This document shows, in pieces, positions 31,012 to 42,500 of a stretch of DNA of 64,000 bases (position 1 is its first letter; every line of letters begins with the position of its first letter). Under the pieces are notes generated by a model that was not told where the DNA came from, did not search any database, and saw only the letters and a list, made by a program, of their open reading frames with translations. The position numbers and the translations under genes are program-made. The DNA is from Zygnema circumcarinatum SAG 698-1b (Eukaryota > Plantae > Zygnematophyceae): assembly GCA_037447605.1 (NCBI GenBank), contig CM074813.1:2356001-2420000 (forward strand), read 5' to 3'.

Positions 31012-31698
31012 GTGACTGTTTTGAGTTACGATGGGCCCCGTGGCGGCGCATATGGTTCTATGTTTCGGTTAAGGACTTGGGCCAGCGTATCAACGGAACG
31101 GATCTTCTTAACTGCCATTTTGGATTTGGGTCCCCTTCCGGCCTCGCCATTGGCCGCTGACGCGTGCCAGCGCGATTCGTCCCATTTTTTGACGGACTTG
31201 AATAAAATTTCGACTTGAAGGGTCCAAACGGGGTACAGAATGTGTCGCGTACGGACGGTGACGGACGCTTCTCCTCCGTGGCGTCCGCCAGAGCGTCCTC
31301 CCATTCTCAAAGTATCGCCTGCCAGAGGGTGTACCGCGTGTCAGCCGTACGGTACGCCTCGGCGCCTGCAGAGGTCCCTTCGCCGGGGACAGGAACCCTA
31401 GCTGCTTGCTCGTCCTCCTGCAAGGCGGGAGGGGTTGGGAGAGCGGGAGGGATAGAGAGGGAGGGAGAGAAAGAGGGAGTGGGTAGGGAGAGGACGGAGA
31501 GGGAGGGAGGGAGGAGAGGGAAGCGTGAAGAAGAGTTAGGACGGGAAAATACAGAGGGCTCGGAAGAAAGGAGAAACGGAAGGGACAATAGGAGGTGGGT
31601 GAGGGAGAGGGAGAGGGTGGGAAGTGAGTGAGAGAAAGGGAGTGGCGAGAGGGAGAAAGGGGAGAGGCGACCGCAAGGCGGTTAAAGTTTAGTTCAAG

Positions 31699-32997
31699 AT
31701 GTTTCTCGTGGATTGGTTCTACAGCGTGCTAGCTACGCTTGGGCTATGGCAGAAGGAGGCCAAGATCCTGTTCCTGGGGTTAGATAATGCGGGAAAGACC
31801 ACTCTGCTGCACATGCTCAAAGATGAGGTTAGTTATTCCGACCTTTTGGATGCGCTCTCAGATTATGTGGAAGGAACAGAAATAGCCACAAGACTGTCAG
31901 GGGCGACTGTGCTACTGGCGGCACTGCCATGGCGGCGCTTTGTGTACCTCGATCCAGTATTCTTTTTGCTGCTTAGTGCCATTCGTTTCCATGCTTATAA
32001 TTTATGAGATTTGAGCTTCCTGTTTTAACTTTTTACCTGTTCTCGCTGTATGTTTCGGACTGTACAGAGGCTTGCACAGCATCAGCCGACGCAGCATCCT
32101 ACCTCGGAGGAGCTGAGCATCGGCAAGATCAAGTTCAAGGCCTTTGATCTGGGCGGGCATCAGATTGCTCGCAGAGTGTGGAAGGATTATTATGCCAAGG
32201 TGTGTGGAGCTCATCACAGATCTATTGCAAAAAAATAGAAATCCTCCAGATCTATCTGTGGCCGGGTCAAAAGTTGTCGTGGTAACGATGTAATTCTTGC
32301 CAGAGCGTCGTCTTCTCTTTGAAGGGAGCGGAAGTTATTTTGGCATGTAAACAAATCTAAGGCCGGTTTGTAGCAACTTCAGCTATCTTGCAAGCTCTGA
32401 CTTCGTTTTCGCCATGTTTCGTTCAAATTACGTGAGTGACTGTGTGTTCGGCCACACCATGCTTGATGTCAAAGCGTCCTAGGGCTTTTAATCAGGTGCT
32501 GGCGATGAGTAATGCGCCAGCTTGGTGACCGAATTATGCTGGCCTTAAATAAAACCTGTTAGTGTCGGGAACTGAACGATGAGAAATTGAGTAGGAGGCT
32601 CAGGACAGGGTTCTGTGAGGGTTTGTTCTGAAAACGGAGAGATGATGGTGAAGGGGGGTTGTTTGCCTGTGATCAGGTGGATGCAATTGTGTACTTGGTG
32701 GACGCGTTCGATAGAGAGAGGTTTCCGGAGTCAAAGAAGGAGTTGGATGCTCTTCTGTCAGATGATTCCCTCTCGCAGGTGCCATTCTTGGTGCTGGGTA
32801 ACAAGATTGACATTCCGCAGGCGTCGTCAGAGGACGAACTGCGTTACAGTCTGGGACTTACAAACCTCACAACTGGCAAGGGGAAAGTGAACCTCGGGGA
32901 GACGAACATGCGACCAATTGAGGTGTTTATGTGTAGCATAGTGAGGAAAATGGGCTATGGAGAGGGAATCAAGTGGTTGTCTCAGTACATCAAGTGA
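31699..32997 (+). CDS. SAR1: COPII small GTPase SAR1, 3 exons (31699-31827, 32068-32199, 32677-32997), 193 aa
   Basis: [43 protein letters not shown]|[16 protein letters not shown]...[19 protein letters not shown]|VDAIVYLVD...LGNKID...[25 protein letters not shown]. The exons sum to 582 nt. Confidence 0.97.
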
Positions 32998-34546
32998 TGC
33001 GAGCAGGCGAGAAATTTATGGATGCGCTAGTGGTGGAGTTTTGTGAAGCGTGAATTCAAGGGCACCGAGCTGTGGTGAACTTGCTCGCGCTGCAATTGAT
33101 GGGACTTGTGAAGAGAGGCAGGCAGGGTCGACAGATACTTTGAATTCTGGGTAGTGCATCACGGCACCAGGTTGATGCCAATAGGGGTCTGCGGCTGAGC
33201 TCCTAGTTATGTAGGTCTAATTTGAGACGATGGCTCTGCTGTTTGGTTCTAGAAAGAAAGTGAGGGCGTCTTAGTCCATGGAGCAAACTGTATTAGAAGC
33301 GAATGTGCAGCTTCACTGGTTCTACGCCTGTACAGGAAGTATTGTCCTTATGCCAGGCCGGAAACAAGCAGTGCATTTTTTTTTCCTTTCGTTTAAGGCA
33401 CTCTGCTTTCTCGCTTTCACCGCCGTCCCAACCTTCTCATGTTGTCTACTACTGTTACAAGTATGCAGCTGCTGGAGGCTCATCTGCTCTAGCGCGGTAA
33501 GCTCGGCATCAGCTTGCCCAGCTGTAGTCTCAGTAAGAAGTCGGCGTGAGTCTGCAGCTTTCTTCCACGAACACTTTGATGAAAGATTGTTGCAGTGCAT
33601 ATGCGTATGTCATGCGAATGTCTAGTCTCGCGATCTTCCCTAATCAGCACACAAAGGCACGTGTGTCTCTCTGCTTGTGTATGTCGTTGGAGATTGAGCT
33701 GCGGCTTCTGCATTGCATATTGGAAAGGTGCTTCAATCGGCAAAATCAAATCATTGCTGGCGCACACTTTAATAAAGATTCTACGCTGAAATCATTGCTT
33801 CTGTAGAAACTCAAAAAATCTCAAACTGTTATATGTAACCTGATTTCACTACCTCATCATTATTTAGTACTCCGCTTGGAGGACAACAGCGGATGTGAGT
33901 GGCAGAATCGAGTTACCGTATTCTCTGCACAGTTTTGATTATCGAGGCTGCGTACAAAAGGAGTTGTCGGAATGCAACTCCATCACCTGCGAGAAAAGTT
34001 GCCTGGAGTCCGAAAATTGGGAAACTTATTACTCTGTTGTCCACAGGGCGGCCTGCCATTGCCCAACTGGCTGCTTGTTCATGGCTGTCTTGTGCTCGCT
34101 GTCTAGTCATCAAAAGTTCGTGTTGTTGTTTTTGTTGTTGTCGAACTTGAGAAGGCGACGGGCTGTCTGCGAGGGCCGGACCGCCGGGCACCGCCGGTCC
34201 GGTTGAGGTTATACGGACTGTCGGCGTGCCAGGGTCCTTGTCTTGTACCGTACCGCACTTGACTTTATATCGCTCCCAAGCCCGGGACTTTGTAACATTG
34301 CAGAGGCCTTCGGTAAAGAGAAATCGACTTTATAGAGGGTTTTTACTAATCCAGTCGCGATACGATGCGATTATCGTTATACGATACGATACATGTACCT
34401 TTCTGTAGCTGACTCTAAAAACCACGAGGGGAAAGGGAAATCTTAAAGAGCAAAATTAAAGTTAAAAAAAAACTATTTTCAGATGCTGTCCACCCTCTCC
34501 CCTTCAACCGCTGTAACCGCCCGCCGCCTCAGTGACGTTGTCCGCC

Positions 34547-35626
34547 ATGGCGCACGTGGCAGCTCGGCAGCTGCTGCCCTGCCACGTGGTGCGCTCGGGG
34601 GCCGCCTCCCCTCGCTCCCTGCCCTGCGCAGTGCGCCCCTCTGCCCTCTCCCAGCCATGGCCGACCTCCACAGGCTCCAACCTTTACTCTAGGAAACTTT
34701 CGGTGAAGGCCTTCGCCATGGCTGCTTCCGGAGCTTCTGCGGCTCCGGAAGTAGCCCAGTCTGCGCCTGTCTGCCCTCCAGAGTGCGTAACTTTAGCGCA
34801 TTCTCTTGCAGATAAAGCGGGTGATATTATCAGGCGCTACTTTCGCATGCCTATAGATGTGCAGATCAAGATGGACCGCAGCCCTGTGACTATAGCGGAC
34901 GAAGCGGTTGAGGCGGAGTTGCGGAAAACGATCCGGTCCACCTTTCCTGATCATGGCATCTTGGGAGAAGAGGGAGGTGTTGACGTTGGAGACGGGAATG
35001 GTGAGTATGTATGGGTGATTGATCCTATAGATGGTACAGCAAGCTTTATAAGTGGAAAGCCGCTTTTTGGAGTCTTGATTGCGCTTCTCCATAAAGGTGT
35101 TCCAGTTCTCGGGCTCATGGATCAGCCGATTTTGAAGGAACGGTGGTTCGCTGCTCGAAGCTTCCCGTCGTCTTCGGCTGCCTCGGAGGAAGCGGAGCTT
35201 GTTACAACCTTCAACGGGCAACCAGTGAAAGTGCGGAGCTGCGGAGCCCTATCTTCTGCTCATCTCTATTCAACATCTCCTCATTTATTTACAGGAGAAA
35301 GTGAATTTGCATTTACTCGGCTACAGAAGCAAGCGTGGAGAACAAGCTATGGTTGTGACTGCTATGCCTTTGGGCTGCTTTCACTAGGGTTTGTAGACAT
35401 CGTAGTAGAGCACGGAATGAAGCCATGGGATTACTTCGCTTTGATACCAATTGTTGAAGGAGCTGGAGGGATTTTTACCGACTGGCAGGGAAACCCGCTT
35501 CGACTCAACTCTTTTAATAAAGACGAATGGGTAGGAGAGTGCTTAGCAGCAGGTGATGCAGCGGCCCATAAGGAAGCCTTGGACGCTCTTGCTTGGAAGC
35601 GCGCTGATGGCAGCTCAACTGCTTGA
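34547..35626 (+). CDS. HISN7: Histidinol-phosphate phosphatase, plastid (HISN7/IMPL2, inositol monophosphatase family), single exon
   Basis: Transit peptide, then DRSPVTIAD, GILGEE, WVIDPIDGTASFISGKPLFGVLIAL, DQPILKERW, YGCDCYAFGLL and KPWDYFALIPIVEGAGGIFTDWQG. Confidence 0.9.
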   Translation: MAHVAARQLLPCHVVRSGAASPRSLPCAVRPSALSQPWPTSTGSNLYSRKLSVKAFAMAASGASAAPEVAQSAPVCPPECVTLAHSLADKAGDIIRRYFRMPIDVQIKMDRSPVTIADEAVEAELRKTIRSTFPDHGILGEEGGVDVGDGNGEYVWVIDPIDGTASFISGKPLFGVLIALLHKGVPVLGLMDQPILKERWFAARSFPSSSAASEEAELVTTFNGQPVKVRSCGALSSAHLYSTSPHLFTGESEFAFTRLQKQAWRTSYGCDCYAFGLLSLGFVDIVVEHGMKPWDYFALIPIVEGAGGIFTDWQGNPLRLNSFNKDEWVGECLAAGDAAAHKEALDALAWKRADGSSTA

Positions 35627-36520
35627 ATGTCAATGCATTTCAGAAACATTACTTCTCTGGAAGTAACTGCATAAGTGGAATAACACACGGCTGCACACTT
35701 GGATGGTTCTCCCCAAAACAAGATAATCAGCCAAGACAAGCACGACCTCTGGGGAAAGCTTCTGTTTAATTAGTTACGTTATGCACAGCCTGAACGAAAC
35801 TTCTCTTTTTTAAATTGTTAAAAAATTAGCGCATGCGTTCAGCTGGGACTCGCAGTTATTGTTTGAACGCCTTGTCATTTCCCTTGTAGGAAGTAGCTGT
35901 ACTTCACTGCCTGTACGAAGAACGAAGAAAATCAGCTATACAATCCACTACGATAGCCTGAACTCCCCCTTTTCACTCTTATCTCTGAAACCGCTTTAAG
36001 CTGTCCATGAAAAGAGTCTGCTTGGATGAGCGGCACTTAAGCTCAAGCATCACGATGCCAAAGAAAGAACGAAAAAGAATGTTATGTACTTTGTGAGGCA
36101 CCATGAATGTTGCTGGTCGGGACTCTTGAAGGGAGTGCCCAAGGCGTTGCCATTCCCAGCGTGTGCTATTTCCATGTGGGCTACACAAATATGAGAAGAG
36201 GGCTCTCTGCAAGCCGTGCTGAGCCTCACTATCGGCGGCGTGCCTCTAATGACCCAGTAAAGCGCCTTACGTTAGGGAGTCGAAAGCTGGAAGATGTGAA
36301 CAAAAAGAAAACTGGTACAGCCGGCAAGAGGGGATGAGCGAACGCCTACCCGTAAGTGGACTTTTCTCTTATTTGACATTTTTTGTCAAGGTACTACGTT
36401 CAAGCCTACCCCACGAGGTACATTATCTCCATTGTAGAAGGCCCATTCAGCCTCCATCCACGGAGCCGAACGGGCAACGTCCCACTTCGCCGAGTACTAA
36501 CGTGCGCAGGCCAGCAGCCA

Positions 36521-39500
36521 TCACCTTAAGCTCAAATTTTGATGAAATTCGTTTATTCTCGGTGAATCAGTAGGCTCCTCCGACTCTTCCACCTTGGCAG
36601 TCCCTTCTAAAGTGAAAGTTAAGCCTTGTGACTGCTCAGATAGCAGCTTCCCACGCCTCTTTCCACCTGTACAAGCCGCTTGTGCTAATGTCTCTCCTCC
36701 ACTATCTTGCCTCAAAAAGCCGCCAGAATCATTTTCTTTTTTTCCCCATCTTTGCACTAAGTCTTCTCCCCCTCCTGCAGCCTCAGCTTTTTCTGCACTC
36801 ACTCCTCCCGCGGCGGGACCTGCTCCTCCTGACAGCCCACTTCCTGATGTCTCCGCCTCTTGCCTTGTTGCCATGCTTTCACTCCGACTGTAACCGTCTG
36901 CATGCGTACCTCGCCTATCCTTTCCGTCCGTCCCTTCTCCCCACCCATCTACGGAGGGAGCTGTTCCTGCAGATCCTCCTCTCACTCCTTCTCCAGAAGC
37001 TGCTGCAAAGGATGGTTCTGAAAGGCCTTCCCCAAAGGAAGTTCGCCCTTTCCTTCGTCTGTCAAGAGATGGCACTTCCCCTGCGCAGTATCTTTTCCAG
37101 AGCTGCCGATATGTCGTCTCTAAGTCCCGAGTGAACCGCGAGCCATCACAAAGACGTGACTTAAGCATTCGCTCGCGGATAGTGGCTCGCAAAGCTGCAA
37201 GTTTTGAGATGTCGGAGCCTAATTGCAGTGCAAGCTGTACATATTCATCCTCCGTTTGAGCTATAAGTTCACCAAGACCTGAAGGACAAAGAGTCAAAAA
37301 AAAAAAAAAATGACCACGGCTGAGTTGTTGGTCATAACGCTGGTAGTACGTGATGCATCGTTTTCACTTGCTTCCAAGTAAGGTTTTTCTAGACCTGTTC
37401 TCACCTAGCTGCGTCAGAAGTGTGACCCCAACATTGTTTGCATGCACTTCCCCTGCCATGGTCACACATGGCACCCCCATATAAAGTGACTCGCAAGTTG
37501 TTGTTGTTCCTGCATATGGAAAGGTGTCCAGACTGAACCAACCAGACAATCCACCCCCCATCCAACCCCACCATCAGAACGCTTTTGTCAAATACAATGT
37601 CACATCCAACAACTACAGCAGACATTTTGCATGTGCTCCGGATTTCCTAAGAGAAGTTACACAAACTTTGTGTATTTCTGGGCATGTGTTCCGCACCTTA
37701 TGTCCATGAGGGAATAAGCCTGCATGTGGTCGTGATTCAACAAAATGAGCGGTAGAAGGTCCACTCGCAGCGAGTTGATTCCCTCTGCTTCTAATGCAGC
37801 CATGAAGCGTTCACTGATTGACGAGCATGAGAATGGCTTGCACTTCACCACAAGTCGAGAAGTCGGCAAAGCCCGCAGGACACGCGACCAAAGGCTCACA
37901 ACACGGGGAGTAATCTGTCCCCATGCACATCCACGCAACAAAATGATACAGCTCATTAGAAAATATTGAAATGACTTCTAGGTGCAGGGACATTTCTATG
38001 TTCCACTCGTGACCGATAAGCTACATCACGTCCTTACCTTCCGCAAGGGCAACTCGATGAGAAAATACCTTATTTCAGGGATAACCAAGGGAGGAGGAGA
38101 GGGAGAATGAATGTGAGAGAAGAGCAAGATTGATAGAGAAGAGAGGAGATACAGGATGAAAGAAAGAGAACAAAGGATGCGTGGCCATGGGCTTCAAGTG
38201 TTGTCGCACCTTTGCGAGGTTGTTGAAGCTTCCAAATGTGACGTAGCCGTTAGCTTGAGATGGAGCAGGAGTGACCGGCCCAGCTTCAGGTGACGGCATA
38301 TAGCAAAGGAATGATCCCGGAAGGCGAACAAGCTCCTCCACGTGCCTGCAGACTCGAAAGTAAACACAAACGTTGATCCACGTTGGCAACAACAAACTTT
38401 CTTCCAAAGGTGTATGCAGACTCCATCGCAATCAAAGAATTCACGATTCTCCTACTTCATCCTACTGCCCATTTCTATGATTCGCGTGGCTTAACAGCAA
38501 AACTCAACTCACTTCAGCTGTCTGTCAGGAGGGTCTACAAGCGCGTCTGTGAAGCGATAGTCGATGGTGTGCAGGCCCGTTGTATTCGGGTAGCCGATCC
38601 AAGTTGCCTGCATACAGAAAGTAAAAAAATGGCAAAGAAAAGGTGCATCACAACCGTTAAAGGAACTTCCCAGGTGAAGGCCATCTTCTGAAGAAAATAC
38701 AATGGCATCAAATTATCACCTCTTTTCAGAAAAAAAAAAGAAGAAAACTTGCAGAATCGTACCTGAACGGGAGCAGGATGACAGGCCATCACTCCGAGTC
38801 GGTTATTCGCAGTGTGGCCGGTCAGCTCGACAAGAATGTCGACCTTGTCTTCCCTTACAAGATCAGCAACCTTCTTTTCATCCAGCCCGTAGATATCGCG
38901 CCACATTCCTCCCTTCTTACTAACCATATCTTTAAATCTCAAGGTTTTTCCATCAGCCTGCAGCCAAGACATGGTTCAATGCATTCATTTTCACTCCCTT
39001 TGAGCTCGGTAAGATGTTGGACAAAGTCTGTCGTGCTTACAGGTTGAAAAGGTAGTAATGATAATAAGTCTTCCGCAGCCTTAGCTTCAGGCTTTGCTGT
39101 AAGAGACTGTAGGAGGAAATAGACAGGAAGGGGAAAGCAGGAGCATCACATGGGAAGATGAGAGAGGAAGAGTACCTTCACAACTGCAGAGTAAATAGCT
39201 AGTCGAAACTCCGAGGAATTGTGGTGGGTGAGGGGAGCTTCTATGAAGTAGGAAACGGAGTGAGTGAAATAGTCAGGAGATATGTAACCGATTGTGAGTG
39301 GACGATCAGGATCTTTGATATTTTCCCAACTTGTTTGCTCTGGAAAAAGTCGACTGAACCGTCTCCCCCAATCCCTGCAAACAAAGATGAGCAGGTCAGC
39401 TGACTGATGACTATCCTGGGACCGAATCATGCTTGTGTTTGGAAACTTCAATATAGGTTATAGCCTTTACAAGCGATACATGTTGCAAAAAGAAGGCGAG

Positions 39501-42500
39501 ATTTGAAGGCCAAGTCAATAATCTCATCTCACCTGTGTGCGATGTAAAGGGAGTCATCATGCCCTTCGTGGATGTAGTTCATTGCAAGCAATCGATTCTG
39601 CACAATGTCCCAGGTTTTCCCATTATAATAAGATGTGTTACTGGTTACCTGTTTGATTTGGCCGGAAGGAAATTCTGTGAGTATATTATTAAGTCCAAAC
39701 GAGAAACTCTACACTCTTCTTTAGTGAAAGGAAAGTGCTTCCTCCTCTCCCGATAGTGTGGGTTCCTCTCCCTCCCTGTTCCCACCTGGAATGCATTTCT
39801 CGAATCTGGATCAATCCGCAAGCACTGCTCATAGGCTTCAATGGCTGCCGGGATGTTTCCGGCATCTCGATGGAGCACGCCTGAGAAAAGCAAATGGCCC
39901 ACTCCCATCCTTCTTTACTTCATTACTTCATTACTCTTTGACCCCTATGTTTATTTCTCGACTAAATTTCTTCATAAATATTTAAGTGCTTCAGAATGCA
40001 GCACCATTCCTTTGCTTTCTACTCCACTTTTCTTTATCTCAAAAGAATCGTAAGATCATCATAACGCTCAAAGAAACGAGAAAATAGGTCTGGACGAGGG
40101 AAGGAGAGGGGGTTNNNNNNNNNNGGTTATTCGCAGTGTGGCCGGTCAGCTCGACAAGAATGTCGACCTTGTCTTCCCTTACAAGATCAGCAACCTTCTT
40201 TTCATCCAGCCCGTAGATATCGCGCCACATTCCTCCCTTCTTACTAACCATATCTTTAAATCTCAAGGTTTTTCCATCAGCCTGCAGCCAAGACATGGTT
40301 CAATGCATTCATTTTCACTCCCTTTGAGCTCGGTAAGATGTTGGACAAAGTCTGTCGTGCTTACAGGTTGAAAAGGTAGTAATGATAATAAGTCTTCCGC
40401 AGCCTTAGCTTCAGGCTTTGCTGTAAGAGACTGTAGGAGGAAATAGACAGGAAGGGGAAAGCAGGAGCATCACATGGGAAGATGAGAGAGGAAGAGTACC
40501 TTCACAACTGCAGAGTAAATAGCTAGTCGAAACTCCGAGGAATTGTGGTGGGTGAGGGGAGCTTCTATGAAGTAGGAAACGGAGTGAGTGAAATAGTCAG
40601 GAGATATGTAACCGATTGTGAGTGGACGATCAGGATCTTTGATATTTTCCCAACTTGTTTGCTCTGGAAAAAGTCGACTGAACCGTCTCCCCCAATCCCT
40701 GCAAACAAAGATGAGCAGGTCAGCTGACTGATGACTATCCTGGGACCGAATCATGCTTGTGTTTGGAAACTTCAATATAGGTTATAGCCTTTACAAGCGA
40801 TACATGTTGCAAAAAGAAGGCGAGATTTGAAGGCCAAGTCAATAATCTCATCTCACCTGTGTGCGATGTAAAGGGAGTCATCATGCCCTTCGTGGATGTA
40901 GTTCATTGCAAGCAATCGATTCTGCACAATGTCCCAGGTTTTCCCATTATAATAAGATGTGTTACTGGTTACCTGTTTGATTTGGCCGGAAGGAAATTCT
41001 GTGAGTATATTATTAAGTCCAAACGAGAAACTCTACACTCTTCTTTAGTGAAAGGAAAGTGCTTCCTCCTCTCCCGATAGTGTGGGTTCCTCTCCCTCCC
41101 TGTTCCCACCTGGAATGCATTTCTCGAATCTGGATCAATCCGCAAGCACTGCTCATAGGCTTCAATGGCTGCCGGGATGTTTCCGGCATCTCGATGGAGC
41201 ACGCCTGAGAAAAGCAAATGGCCCACTCCCATCCTTCTTTACTTCATTACTTCATTACTCTTTGACCCCTATGTTTATTTCTCGACTAAATTTCTTCATA
41301 AATATTTAAGTGCTTCAGAATGCAGCACCATTCCTTTGCTTTCTACTCCACTTTTCTTTATCTCAAAAGAATCGTAAGATCATCATAACGCTCAAAGAAA
41401 CGAGAAAATAGGTCTGGACGAGGGAAGGAGAGGGGTTGAAGGGGAAGAACAGTCAGAAGGATAGAAGTCAGAGGAAAGACGGATATCGTGAGCGGTGGGA
41501 ACGAGTAACAAAGAGAAAGGGGGGGGGGGGGGGAAGGGAGTAGGGGGAAGTAGCGAAATAGGGGAACGAGGGGAACGATGGGATGAAGGGAAGGGGAGGG
41601 AGAGAGGAGGAGAAGACGCCTGAGGGAGTGAGGGGTTAGGAGGCAGGGAAAGAAGTCGAAGAGAAGGAGAGGAGAAAGAGAAACGGAAATAGAGACAAAC
41701 GGGGGAGAGAGGAATACAGGGAGGGAGGAGGATAGAGGGAGAGAAGCAAATAACTTCATGGAGGACTTTTGAGGTGTGAAGCCTACCGAGATTATTGTAT
41801 GCCTCAGCATACGTGGGGTTCGCAATAATAGCCCCTTGAATCATTCCAAGAGCAAGATCCATCTTGCCCTGAACCCCGCAATCCCAAAAAACTTAAAGAA
41901 GATTCAAATTTTCTTGCCTTACTGACTTCACAGGTGCCCAAATCCATACAAAGTCACATGACAATACGACATCAGCAGCGTCTCCGTAATGGGGAGTTGT
42001 TGTCGAACTATGAACCATTTTCATTTCTTCTCGCATTGTCAAAGTCAAATCCAGCATTTACTGACGAGTGAGAGAGAGGGAGATCAAAGGACAAAAAAAG
42101 AGATTGGTTTCGGCATTCACTTTCATCAACAGAATAGTAATGGTTAGAGACGAATGAGAGAGGTGAAGACTTTCCGTATGGAAAGTGCTAAGCCACTTGG
42201 ATGTACCTAGGCATAACTTACCTGAACAGTGTATACAACTCCAAGGTTGTTGAGAGATTGTGAAAAATTGGGCTTTATTCTCAGAGCTTTCTGCAAGAAT
42301 CCGAACCAGACTTATCATCAGACGCAAAAACCAAGCTTCAGGCATGCCTAGAGTATAAGAATGGAGATTCAAACTATAAGCCTTCTTCAAGCCTTTATAA
42401 AGTCAACTTTCTGAGTGAAAACAAAACATCCCGACGTACCTGATAGCATTCGACAGCTTTGTCGAGGTTGTCTCGATCTTTGTAAATCACTCCCAAATTG

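Noticed and set aside
33300-34150. Possible small minus-strand gene between SAR1 and HISN7
   Set aside because: There are exon-like stretches but no recognisable domain or consistent splice model.
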